The notes under the pieces: model-generated
Database searches by the model: none
Told to the model about the DNA's origin: nothing
Seen by the model: only the letters and a program-made list of their open reading frames with translations
Made by a program: the position numbers and the translations under genes
In this document: piece by piece, positions 15,920 through 24,372 of the stretch
Numbering within the stretch: position 1 is the stretch's first letter
Layout of the letters: each line of letters begins with the position of its first letter
Source of the DNA: Sedimentisphaera cyanobacteriorum
GTDB lineage: Bacteria; Planctomycetota; Phycisphaerae; Sedimentisphaerales; Sedimentisphaeraceae
Length of the DNA stretch: 32,000 nt
Assembly (NCBI RefSeq): GCF_001997385.1
Contig: NZ_CP019633.1
Location: 1,620,001-1,652,000, forward strand
Reading direction: 5' to 3'

Positions 15920-17661
15920 CACTGAACCTCTGGAACTATTCCCATGAGAGTGTCCCTCAGATAGTTTATCACAGAACGCCTTGTTTCAAGGCAGCCAGCT
16001 CTTCTTGCCACCTCTTCACAAGTTGGTATGTCCAGAGCCCTTATAACGAGCTTAATCTCCGGTATTCTTGGAGCCGCCACCGAGAAACTGCGCACGCCCA
16101 GACCCAACAGAAGGGGCACAAACTCAGGTTCTGAGGCCATCTCGCCGCAGACACATACATCTGTACCGGCCTTCTTGGCATTCCGGACAACTTCCTTTAT
16201 CAGCTTTATCACTGCAGGCTGCCCGGGCGAATAGAGGCTGGCAAGCTTTTCGTTTGCCCTGTCAACCGCAAGGGTGTACTGAATGAGGTCGTTGGTGCCG
16301 ATGCTGAAAAAATCCACCTCTTTTGCGAGGAAGGCTGAAATAAGAGCAGAGCTTGGGGTTTCAATCATTATCCCAATCTTGATGTTGAAATCGTAATCAA
16401 ACCCGTCGTCTGCGAGGTCTTCCATTACATCCCTGACAACCATCTTGGCATGACGCACCTCTTCTACGGTGGTAATAAGCGGGAACATAATCTTTATATC
16501 TCCCTGAGCACTTGCCCTGAGAATTGCCCTGAGCTGGGTTCTGAAAAGAGGCAAATTTTTCGTAGTGAGACAGTACCTTATAGACCGCAGTCCGAGAACA
16601 GGGTTTGTTTCGACGGGAAATTTCCCGTCTGAGGGCATTTTGTCTGCCCCGAGGTCCATCGTTCTTATCACAAGCGGACGGCCGCCGAGCCTTCTGATTA
16701 CGTCCAGATATGCGTTGTAATGATCCTGCTCGGAAGGCATCTTATCATTTTGCAGATACAGAAATTCAGTTCTGTACAGCCCTACGCCTTCTCCGCCCTT
16801 CGATGCCACGATATCCGCCTCCTGAGGCAGCTCGATGTTTCCTCCAAGCGATACTTTTACGCCGTCGGTTGTTTCAGCAGGCAAATCGCACGTTTTCTGA
16901 AGCTTCTGTTCTACCGCAATTGTATCATCGCTGTATCTGCGGTATTCCTCAAGAGTCTCTGAATCCGGACGTATTAGAACCGTGCCTTTATAGCCGTCGA
17001 GGATTATAGTATCCCCGTCTTCAGCGGACGATGTAATATCCTCGAGGGCAACAATCGCCGGGATTCCGATAGATCTTGCTACAATAGCAGTATGGCTGGT
17101 TCTCCCGCCTGCGTTTGTGGCAAAACCTTTTACATAATCAAGATTAAGCGAGGCGGTTTGAGTGGGGCTGAGGTCGTTGGCTATAACAACGCATTCCTCA
17201 TTTATGCTTCCCAAATCATAGTATTCTCTTTTTGTAAGTACTCTAAGAAGCCTTTTCTCGATGTCGTATATATCGCTCACCCTCTCTCTTACATAGTTGT
17301 CCGACGAGCTTGATAGGGTTCCTGATATCTCCTTCAAAACATTCGACACTGCATACTCTGAGCAGACAGATTTTTCTCTGATTCTCTTAGAGACCCTTTT
17401 GATCAGAGATTCATCGCTCAAAAAGCCCACGTGAACAGCAAATATATCTCTTATTCCGCTGTCATCGCTTCCGTACTTCTTGCTGAGCTCGCGTACCTGC
17501 TCTGCGGCCTGCTGGAAAGCCTTTTCAACCCTCTTAACCTCATCCTCAATCTGCTCGGATTCAATCGCTTTGTGCTGAATCCTGAAATCTTCAGCCTCAA
17601 GCAGGCAGCATTTGGATATTATTATTCCCGGGGATACGGGTATTCCGTTTTTAATTTCCAT
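15919..17661 (-). CDS. ptsI: phosphoenolpyruvate-protein phosphotransferase (PTS Enzyme I), no N-terminal GAF domain
   Basis: About 580 aa. The active-site His region is GGRTSHTAIVARSIGIPAIV, the PEP-binding region has GGEGVGLYRTEFL, and the C-terminal region has CGEMASEP. I chose ATG 17661 because the track's 17664 start is TTG. Confidence 0.92.
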   Translation of the reverse strand: MEIKNGIPVSPGIIISKCCLLEAEDFRIQHKAIESEQIEDEVKRVEKAFQQAAEQVRELSKKYGSDDSGIRDIFAVHVGFLSDESLIKRVSKRIREKSVCSEYAVSNVLKEISGTLSSSSDNYVRERVSDIYDIEKRLLRVLTKREYYDLGSINEECVVIANDLSPTQTASLNLDYVKGFATNAGGRTSHTAIVARSIGIPAIVALEDITSSAEDGDTIILDGYKGTVLIRPDSETLEEYRRYSDDTIAVEQKLQKTCDLPAETTDGVKVSLGGNIELPQEADIVASKGGEGVGLYRTEFLYLQNDKMPSEQDHYNAYLDVIRRLGGRPLVIRTMDLGADKMPSDGKFPVETNPVLGLRSIRYCLTTKNLPLFRTQLRAILRASAQGDIKIMFPLITTVEEVRHAKMVVRDVMEDLADDGFDYDFNIKIGIMIETPSSALISAFLAKEVDFFSIGTNDLIQYTLAVDRANEKLASLYSPGQPAVIKLIKEVVRNAKKAGTDVCVCGEMASEPEFVPLLLGLGVRSFSVAAPRIPEIKLVIRALDIPTCEEVARRAGCLETRRSVINYLRDTLMGIVPEVQ

Positions 17662-17691
17662 CAATTTCCAACCTTTAGCGAGAATTACATA

Positions 17692-17979
17692 TCAGCTGTT
17701 CTCTGCATCAGATTCAGACTCTAACAATGTCTCTTCAATTAGCTCTCTAAGCGCTTCCAAAGCTTCGATGGCGTCTTCACCCTCTGCTGAAATAGTAATA
17801 TTTTCGCCGGAAGGCACCACGAGAGTCATTATTTCCATAATGCTCTTGCCGTTAACCCTATTCTCACCGTTAGCAATCGTAATCTCACTGCTGAAATTAC
17901 TTGCCATCTCGGAAATCTGCATTGCTGGCCTCATATGCAGTCCTTCCGGCATCATAATTTTGACCACTATTTCATTCAT
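17692..17979 (-). CDS. HPr-family phosphocarrier protein (HPr/NPr)
   Basis: 95 aa counted from ATG 17979. The His-15 motif is GLHMRPA and the Ser-46-type motif is NGKSIMEIM. It has an acidic C-terminal tail (LLESESDAENS). The track's 18027 start is TTG and would overlap ptsN. Confidence 0.85.
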   Translation of the reverse strand: MNEIVVKIMMPEGLHMRPAMQISEMASNFSSEITIANGENRVNGKSIMEIMTLVVPSGENITISAEGEDAIEALEALRELIEETLLESESDAENS

Positions 17980-17998
17980 ATTATGAAGACCTGTCTGG

Positions 17999-18469
17999 CT
18001 ATATTTCGTCTCTGTCTGCTTCCTCAAGCAAAGTAACCACGTCTTCAGTGCTTTTAGACTGTCTCAGGAAACTCCTAAAGTCATCTTTTTGAAGATTTTT
18101 GAAGATAATCTCCATAGCCAGTAGGTGCTGGTCGGGGTTTGCTTCGGGGCCTATCACCAAAAAAACTGAATAAACGAGCTGCTTGTCCAGAGATAAGAAG
18201 TCTATGCCTTCTGAGCTCAAACCGAAAGCGCCTATAGGAGTATCTGCGAGAGAAGATTTGACATGGGGCACGGCAACACCCTTGCCGATTCCCGTACTTG
18301 CCTCATTTTCTCTGTCTATTACGGCTTTTACCGCCTGATCCCTTTTATCCTTATCCAACTGACCTGATTCAACAAGACTGTCAACCAGCTCAGTTATAAC
18401 GCCGTCTCTATCGGTTGATTTAAGTTTAACTACTATCGCCTCTGGACAAACCAGCCCGTTCAGTTTCAT
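17999..18469 (-). CDS. ptsN: PTS EIIA (fructose/mannitol/Ntr type), PtsN-like regulatory EIIA
   Basis: 156 aa counted from ATG 18469, which has a GGAGAA Shine-Dalgarno 4 nt upstream. The track's 18487 start is TTG. The phospho-His motif is GIGKGVAVPHVKS. It sits between hpf and HPr, as in rpoN-operon PTS-Ntr loci. Confidence 0.85.
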   Translation of the reverse strand: MKLNGLVCPEAIVVKLKSTDRDGVITELVDSLVESGQLDKDKRDQAVKAVIDRENEASTGIGKGVAVPHVKSSLADTPIGAFGLSSEGIDFLSLDKQLVYSVFLVIGPEANPDQHLLAMEIIFKNLQKDDFRSFLRQSKSTEDVVTLLEEADRDEI

Positions 18470-18495
18470 ATTATTCTCCAAGTTCAATTCTTAAA

Positions 18496-18810
18496 TTACC
18501 CGGCGTGCATCGGGTTTCTTTCCTTTTCTTTTATTTTTTTCAGCTGCCTTTCGGCCTTTTCAAATGCTTCATCTATTATTTTAAAGAGATTGTCATCTTC
18601 TGAGCCCTGCTCTTTCACGACAAGCGGGGGATTATGACCGCCTTTTGTAATCACTTCCACTTTTGTAGTTTTACCCTCACCTCCATCTATTATTGTCTCA
18701 ATAGACTCAACTGAACTGTAAAATTTCGGGAGCTTGTTAGCCTTAAGCTCTACGTGCTCTTTGATCCCTCGAGTTACCTCGAAATGTCTTCCTGTCAGTT
18801 TAAGTTCCAT
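18496..18810 (-). CDS. hpf: ribosome hibernation-promoting factor, short form (HPF/RaiA family)
   Basis: 104 aa. MELKLTGRHFEVTRGIKEHVELKANKL is a typical HPF N-terminus. A GGAGAA Shine-Dalgarno lies upstream. It lacks the C-terminal dimerisation domain of long HPFs. Confidence 0.88.
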   Translation of the reverse strand: MELKLTGRHFEVTRGIKEHVELKANKLPKFYSSVESIETIIDGGEGKTTKVEVITKGGHNPPLVVKEQGSEDDNLFKIIDEAFEKAERQLKKIKEKERNPMHAG

Positions 18811-18858
18811 AATTTTCTCCTTTATAATTAATTAATTAACAGCTCAGTCAAAATACGC

Positions 18859-19554
18859 TCACTCACTGTCTTGTGTTTGCTCAAGCTGCAAGTCTTCCCA
18901 CTCGGAAGGCGTTATCACGCCTCCGCTTATCGTGAACCTAAGCGCTTCTTCTACAGTCATATCCAGATCTATCACACTTCCCGCAGGAACCATAATAACA
19001 TATCCGGTAAAAGGTGTAGGAGAGCTCGGGATAAAAATCGAAACCAGATCCATATCCAAACTCGCCGTAACCTGTTTTATACCCGAACCTGTTACCATAC
19101 CGACAGACCATATCCCCGCACGGGGATACTCAACCGCAACGACTTTCTTAAAAGCAATAGAATGCTGAGAAAAAACGCTGTCGGTTACCTGCTTGATATT
19201 CGGGTATATATTTCTGACTATCGGAGCCCTTGCCGCAAGATTTTCAAAATATTTCCATATCGTTTTCCCGACAACGCTGGCAAGAAAAGCACCGAGAAAA
19301 CATACGACAATAAAAATAACCAGAAAACCCGCTGTCTGGCCTTTTCCGTTTACCCAGAACTCAACAAGCTCTTCTCTGGGCTGGTCGCTGCCTGCCCAAA
19401 TTATAAGCTTCACTATGAAGCCGTTTATATGCCTGCTCAAATTCTCCTGAATGAACAGATAAAACTGAACAAACAGCCAGAAAGTCAGGATAGTCGGGAG
19501 TAGTGCTGCAACGCCTCGGAGAAAGTAGTTTCTTATATCCCTGAATACTCTCAT
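18859..19554 (-). CDS. DUF502 family membrane protein
   Basis: 231 aa. It has two or three TM helices (GVAALLPTILTFWLFVQFYLFI; GFLVIFIVVCFLGAFLASVV). The conserved C-terminal core reads VAVEYPRAGIWSVGMVTG...IFIPSSPTPFTGYVIMVP. Confidence 0.8.
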   Translation of the reverse strand: MRVFRDIRNYFLRGVAALLPTILTFWLFVQFYLFIQENLSRHINGFIVKLIIWAGSDQPREELVEFWVNGKGQTAGFLVIFIVVCFLGAFLASVVGKTIWKYFENLAARAPIVRNIYPNIKQVTDSVFSQHSIAFKKVVAVEYPRAGIWSVGMVTGSGIKQVTASLDMDLVSIFIPSSPTPFTGYVIMVPAGSVIDLDMTVEEALRFTISGGVITPSEWEDLQLEQTQDSE

Positions 19555-19742
19555 AAGTCTTTTGACTAACCTAATTAGCTTTTACATTTCTATAATAAAT
19601 TTTACTATTAAAATGGATTATAGTCAACAGAAAATGGATTTATCAACCCCTCCGATTAACCTAACAGAATAAAATGGCCTTCCAAAACAAAAATTCATAT
19701 CCCTGCTGAGGGCAATCTTTCAGTTTTGCCGGCGGGGAAACT

Positions 19743-19769
19743 AAAAAAGCTCCCCCGAAACGAGAGAGC
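19743..19769 (-). terminator. rho-independent terminator closing the LamG/sulfatase gene array
   Basis: The minus-strand RNA reads GCUCUCUCG-UUU-CGGGGGAGC. That is a 9-bp stem including two G-U pairs, followed by U6. On the plus strand the same positions give C-A mismatches, so the hairpin is strand-specific. It lies 31 nt downstream of the stop at 19800. Confidence 0.65.
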
Positions 19770-19799
19770 TTTTTTGTTTTGAAATGTTAATATAAGGCG

Positions 19800-21968
19800 T
19801 TAGTCGAGCTGAGGATAGAGATTGGATTCATTCCAGTCCAGAGCGAACATCGCCAAATCAGCCAGATTGACTTTGCAGTCTCCGTTGAAGTCGTACTTGA
19901 GGCTTTCAGAGTATGGGTCTGTACAGAAATCTTCGCCCATAATATCATAGTACTGCTGGGCAATCTGCTCGTTGGTGAGTGCGTAGTTGTACATCTTGAT
20001 TTCATCGAACACACCAAGCCCCGGATTGCCAAGCTGGCCGTCTGTCTCGCCTACACACATAATATATACGCGCTGCTCAAATTTACTGCGCATAAAGTCG
20101 TCGTTTGTCTGAACGAGCGATCCGTTTACATAAAGCCTGCCCGTCTGGTCTGCATCATTGACAAACGCAACATGCATCCACTCTCCCGGCGTAATGTAGT
20201 AGTCTTGCGGTACTCCCCACTGAACATAACCCGGAGTATTAACGGTTAGCTGTCCATCGGGCTGAATATCGAAGAACCAGTTGTTTTCTCCGCCGTCAGG
20301 ATCCGAGCTGCAAATCAGCCCTGCCAGACCCCCGCTCGGAACAATATCACCAGTCCACTTAACCCAAAGTGAAACAGTCAGCTCTTCGGTATAAGGAGCT
20401 GGAACAATAGGCTCGGTTGCTGCAGCTGCCAAAGGCTCGGGAACAGTGTCAAAGCCCTGCCCTGTCTTTGCCGGGTCAACTCCGTCAACCCACTGCTCGG
20501 GCAGAGGTGCAAGGTTCGGGTCTGCATCAAGGCCTTCGCCTGAAGCATCTGTATAATCTCCGTCGAGAGGCCAGTAGCCAATCATACGCTTAACACCGAG
20601 CATTGCAGAATCTGAGTCTGCGCTTCCCTCTGCATTGCTCGCACGACAGAAGTATTCGCCCTGATCTGCCTTTTCAAGATTAGCTACAGAGAGGCTTGAG
20701 GTGTAGCTGTCCCCGTGCTGGGAAACACCGATAGTTATATCAGCGTCTGAATCGTCAACTATTGTTTCCGGGTCGCCTGCCTTTACCCACTCAACAGAGG
20801 CGGCTGTTTTACTCGTGAAAGCAGCATTGAAAGTGATTTGCTCGCCCGAAAAGTCTGCCTGATCATCGGGCGAATCAGTAATAACAGGTATTGCAGGGAG
20901 AGCCTCGAAATGCCAGATCGGGCCTGCTATATTTTCCTCAGAACCCTCTGCTGCATTGTTTATCTGCTCTTCGACCTGCCAATATACCTCATCACCCAGT
21001 TCAAATGTAAAAGGCACCTGCACAGGATCGCTGCCTGCCGGCACGAATGCGCTGAGCGCCTCAACATTATTGTTGGGGTCTGCGGGGTCGAATGTGGAAT
21101 AGGCTGTAACGAAATGTCCTGTAACATCCGGGTTCGGATTTGCAGGGTCAGCAGGGTCGCCGGCAGTATCAAACTGAAGCGTGGTAACAGCTGCCGGGTC
21201 CACATTAATCTCTCCGTTTGCCGGCACAGGATTTCTCGGCCAAAGGTCGGGATTAACTGCATCTTCGAAAATTTGACCTCTTATAGGCGTTCCGGGAACC
21301 GCTTCCATTGCCACTACATTTGCCTGATCAACAAGTGCTGGAGGGTTGTTGGAATTATTCAGTCCTCCAAACACACCGTAACCGTCTTCAGGATCTGGAA
21401 CCCAGCCCAAAACGCTGACAGTACGGTTGCCTGCAAGGTTTGTAACCTGCACTGAACCGGTAATCGTTTCAGTGTAAAGCCGGCCGTTAATCATCGCTAT
21501 AAGCTCGCCTGTACCGGAATTGAACGAAACAAAGAGCCTGGTTTCAATGTTCGGATAAACCGGTCCGAGAGCCACTGCCACGCCGCCATCTCCGGAGGCA
21601 TCGGTATCATTAAGGCTTTCGACAACAGCATTGCCTCCGCCGCTTCCGTTGGCTCCTTTAGAACCAAACGTGAGCATACCGTCGCAAATGAATATGCCGG
21701 TTCCATAGTTAGACCCGCCTACTTCTGTTACGATTACAGGACCGTCTGTTTTGGTAGTATCCGCTTCAGTGGGCGTAAACTTGGCTGTTAAGGTAATAAG
21801 TCCGGAATCTGCAATTGCTGTCATATCATCTGAGTTCTGCAGCTGACGTTCTGAATAGTCAACAATCGCATCAGCATCATCAAATCCAGGTACAATATCA
21901 CCTGCAAAAGAAGCTGACGCAACTGAGAGACAAACGATTAGTATGAAAAATTTATATATCTTCATCAT
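19800..21968 (-). CDS. secreted multidomain protein, paralog C: conserved N-terminal beta-rich module, FN3-like module, Ig-like module, LamG domain, C-terminal dockerin-like Ca-binding motif
   Basis: 722 aa counted from ATG 21968, which has GGAGAA 6 nt upstream. The track's 21998 start is TTG. The signal peptide is MMKIYKFFILIVCLSVASASFA|GD. The Ig signature is ADQGEYFCRASN. The LamG entry is YWPLDGDYTDASG and its core is LTVSLWVKW...MHVAFV...LYVNG...FDEIKMYNYAL. The C-terminus reads DFNGDCKVNLADLAMFALDW. Confidence 0.8.
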   Translation of the reverse strand: MMKIYKFFILIVCLSVASASFAGDIVPGFDDADAIVDYSERQLQNSDDMTAIADSGLITLTAKFTPTEADTTKTDGPVIVTEVGGSNYGTGIFICDGMLTFGSKGANGSGGGNAVVESLNDTDASGDGGVAVALGPVYPNIETRLFVSFNSGTGELIAMINGRLYTETITGSVQVTNLAGNRTVSVLGWVPDPEDGYGVFGGLNNSNNPPALVDQANVVAMEAVPGTPIRGQIFEDAVNPDLWPRNPVPANGEINVDPAAVTTLQFDTAGDPADPANPNPDVTGHFVTAYSTFDPADPNNNVEALSAFVPAGSDPVQVPFTFELGDEVYWQVEEQINNAAEGSEENIAGPIWHFEALPAIPVITDSPDDQADFSGEQITFNAAFTSKTAASVEWVKAGDPETIVDDSDADITIGVSQHGDSYTSSLSVANLEKADQGEYFCRASNAEGSADSDSAMLGVKRMIGYWPLDGDYTDASGEGLDADPNLAPLPEQWVDGVDPAKTGQGFDTVPEPLAAAATEPIVPAPYTEELTVSLWVKWTGDIVPSGGLAGLICSSDPDGGENNWFFDIQPDGQLTVNTPGYVQWGVPQDYYITPGEWMHVAFVNDADQTGRLYVNGSLVQTNDDFMRSKFEQRVYIMCVGETDGQLGNPGLGVFDEIKMYNYALTNEQIAQQYYDIMGEDFCTDPYSESLKYDFNGDCKVNLADLAMFALDWNESNLYPQLD

Positions 21969-22005
21969 TTTATCTTCTCCATAAAATTTAATTAACAATT
22001 ACCAA

Positions 22006-24150
22006 CTACTCTAATGAGCTCAGATACAACTTATCATTGAGCCAGTCGATAGACAGAGCAGCAAGGTCATCGAAATCAACTGTACAGTCGCCGTTGAAAT
22101 CGTATTTGAGGTTGTCTGCATTCGGCTCAACGCAAATCTGCTCGCCGCTGACATCATAGTAGATACCTGCAATCTCTTCGGGGCTCATGGCATAGTTGTA
22201 GATCCTTACATCATCAAAAACAGCTTCCAGCACATTGTTAAGGTTTTCGCTGTCTTCAAAATCTGATGCGAAGAATATCGGCTTGGACACCTGATTTATG
22301 CTGTATCTTCCGGGTTCTGTAATATCATATTGAGATCCATTTACATAAACCGCTGCCACTTCATCTGCTGATGCTGTAAATGCGATATGAGTCCATTCAT
22401 TCCTTGCTATCTGGTAGAATGGATACGGGCTGTATCCCGGTGCATTTATCAGAATCCAGCCGTCTCTGTTGTCTATCTCGAGGAAGAAGCTGTTTTCGCT
22501 GTCATCCATAGAGCATACAATCTGGCGATAATTCAGAGTTGAGAAGCTGTCCGGCCCAGGCCATTTCAGCCATACAGACACGGTAATCTCATTGGTATAT
22601 TCAGCAACATTCAACGGGTCTGTCTCACCGGCAGATTCACGATTGCCAATAGTGCTGATGGCCTGTCCTGTTTTTGCAGGATCAACGCCGTCAACCCACT
22701 GCTCCGGAACAGGGTCTGCATAAGGGGTTATGTCGTTGCCTTCACCGGAATAATCAATATAGTCTCCGTCGAACGGCCAATATACAACCATACGTTTAAC
22801 AGCCATAGAAACTGATTCTGAATCTGCTGTCCCGAAGTCATTTTCTGCTGTGCAGTAGTAGTAGCCTTCGTCTGCAGCTTCCGGATTAGCTATGCTGAGG
22901 GTTGATGTGTATTCATCACCATTTTGAACAAGGTCAATCGTAACGTCCGGATCGGATTCGAGCAGTTCGGTGTCCGGGTCGCCTTCCTTAAACCAGGCAG
23001 CGCTTGCTGCGGATTTGCTGGTGAAGGTGAATTCGAATACGGCCTGCTGATCAGCAAATACGGCCTCATCCTCAGGCTGAATATCAGCCGCAGGCTTGGG
23101 CGGGAGTGTTTCGAAGCCCCAGAACGGGCCTGTAACATTGCCCGCATCACCTTCAGGTGCTCCGCTGATTTGCTCTTCCACTCTCCAGTAAATTGTCTGC
23201 CCGAGATCAAGCTCAAAAGTTTCTGGAGAATTTACCGTTACCGAAATCGGGTCTGTCCCGGCCGGTACAAATGTTCCGTAAAGCTCAGGAAGGCTGAGAT
23301 TCGGGTCTGCGCCAGTTCCCTCATAGAAAGTAACAAAGTGCCCTGTTACATCAGGGTTCTGTGAGCCGGCATTTTCAGGGTCTTCAGCGGTATTGAAGCT
23401 TACCTCTGAAATAACAGCAGGGTCAATATTCTCTTCATTAACTTGAGGAGAGGGGGTGTTTGCCATAACACTGGGATTAACCGCCTGATTAAAAATCTGA
23501 CCTCTCACAGGTGCGCCTGCTATCCCGCTGAACATCCAAGCATTAGAATCGCTAAGCAGAGGGTTTGTCCCGGCGAGTCCGCCCGTAGAACCTAATCCTG
23601 TATCGCCGAGAAAAGTAACAGCCTGATTACCGGTAAGGTTTGTAGAAGTTGGGGCGTTGTAAAGGTAGTTGATCTTTCTAACTCCGTTCACAGAGCTGAA
23701 TACCATTCCAGTGGTAAGGTCTAATGATGCATAAACTTTATTTTCCTGCCCTTCCAAGGCCTTGCCCATTGCAACGGAAGAAGAACCGTCGCTGCCGTCA
23801 AGGTCGGTCAATTCTCTATCCGAGCTGTTCCCGCTTGTCCTGAGGGCGTAAACAATCTCGCCATTGCAGATATACAGACCGCTTCCAAACTTTGACCCGC
23901 CTGTTTCTATCAGCAAAACTGGGCCTGTTTCTTCTGTTACGTCTAATTCTGCAGGCGTAAATTTGGCGGCAAAGGTTATTTTGCTTGCCGGGTTCAATGA
24001 TGTAATGTCGCTGCCGGTCTCATCGAAAGCAGCTGTATAGTCCACGAGGGCGTCCCCGTCATCAAACCAGGGGACAATTTCACCTGACCATGCCCCGGCA
24101 GCAATAAGAAACACAAATAAAAGGTTTAGAGATTTAATTTTTCTCTTCAT
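22006..24150 (-). CDS. secreted multidomain protein, paralog B: same architecture as 19800-21968
   Basis: 714 aa. A GGAGG Shine-Dalgarno lies 7 nt upstream of the ATG. The signal peptide ends AGAWS|GEIVPW. It shares blocks with paralog C (PEQWVDGVDPAKTGQ, DVTGHFVT, YWRVEEQI...GPFWGFE). The Ig signature is ADEGYYYCTAEN, the LamG region has VRIYNYAMSPEEI, and the C-terminus reads DFNGDCTVDFDDLAALSIDW. Confidence 0.8.
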   Translation of the reverse strand: MKRKIKSLNLLFVFLIAAGAWSGEIVPWFDDGDALVDYTAAFDETGSDITSLNPASKITFAAKFTPAELDVTEETGPVLLIETGGSKFGSGLYICNGEIVYALRTSGNSSDRELTDLDGSDGSSSVAMGKALEGQENKVYASLDLTTGMVFSSVNGVRKINYLYNAPTSTNLTGNQAVTFLGDTGLGSTGGLAGTNPLLSDSNAWMFSGIAGAPVRGQIFNQAVNPSVMANTPSPQVNEENIDPAVISEVSFNTAEDPENAGSQNPDVTGHFVTFYEGTGADPNLSLPELYGTFVPAGTDPISVTVNSPETFELDLGQTIYWRVEEQISGAPEGDAGNVTGPFWGFETLPPKPAADIQPEDEAVFADQQAVFEFTFTSKSAASAAWFKEGDPDTELLESDPDVTIDLVQNGDEYTSTLSIANPEAADEGYYYCTAENDFGTADSESVSMAVKRMVVYWPFDGDYIDYSGEGNDITPYADPVPEQWVDGVDPAKTGQAISTIGNRESAGETDPLNVAEYTNEITVSVWLKWPGPDSFSTLNYRQIVCSMDDSENSFFLEIDNRDGWILINAPGYSPYPFYQIARNEWTHIAFTASADEVAAVYVNGSQYDITEPGRYSINQVSKPIFFASDFEDSENLNNVLEAVFDDVRIYNYAMSPEEIAGIYYDVSGEQICVEPNADNLKYDFNGDCTVDFDDLAALSIDWLNDKLYLSSLE

Positions 24151-24372
24151 TGTAAAACCTCCGTAATAATAAAATATTAAAAAACTAGTATCACACTTTT
24201 ACGGGCGTGATAAACCAACTTGTGGCCGAAACAAACATTTTCTATTCAGCCAAAGGAAAAAAGATAATATCCCATACACATTCCTTTATTGAACTTTAAT
24301 TTTAACAATCTCTTAAACTTCATAACATATAAAAGGTTTAAAGCGATTAATCTTAAAAACCATTACAATTTA

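Noticed and set aside
18871-19503. 210-aa plus-strand ORF antisense to the DUF502 gene
   Set aside because: It is Arg/Lys/Asn-rich with no hydrophobic core or motifs and fully overlaps a conserved membrane-protein CDS.
20838-21455. 205-aa plus-strand ORF inside the LamG paralog gene. Similar antisense ORFs lie at 22924-23364, 10428-10907 and 11564-12070.
   Set aside because: These are Cys/Arg-rich antisense translations of confident minus-strand genes, and there is no independent support for them.
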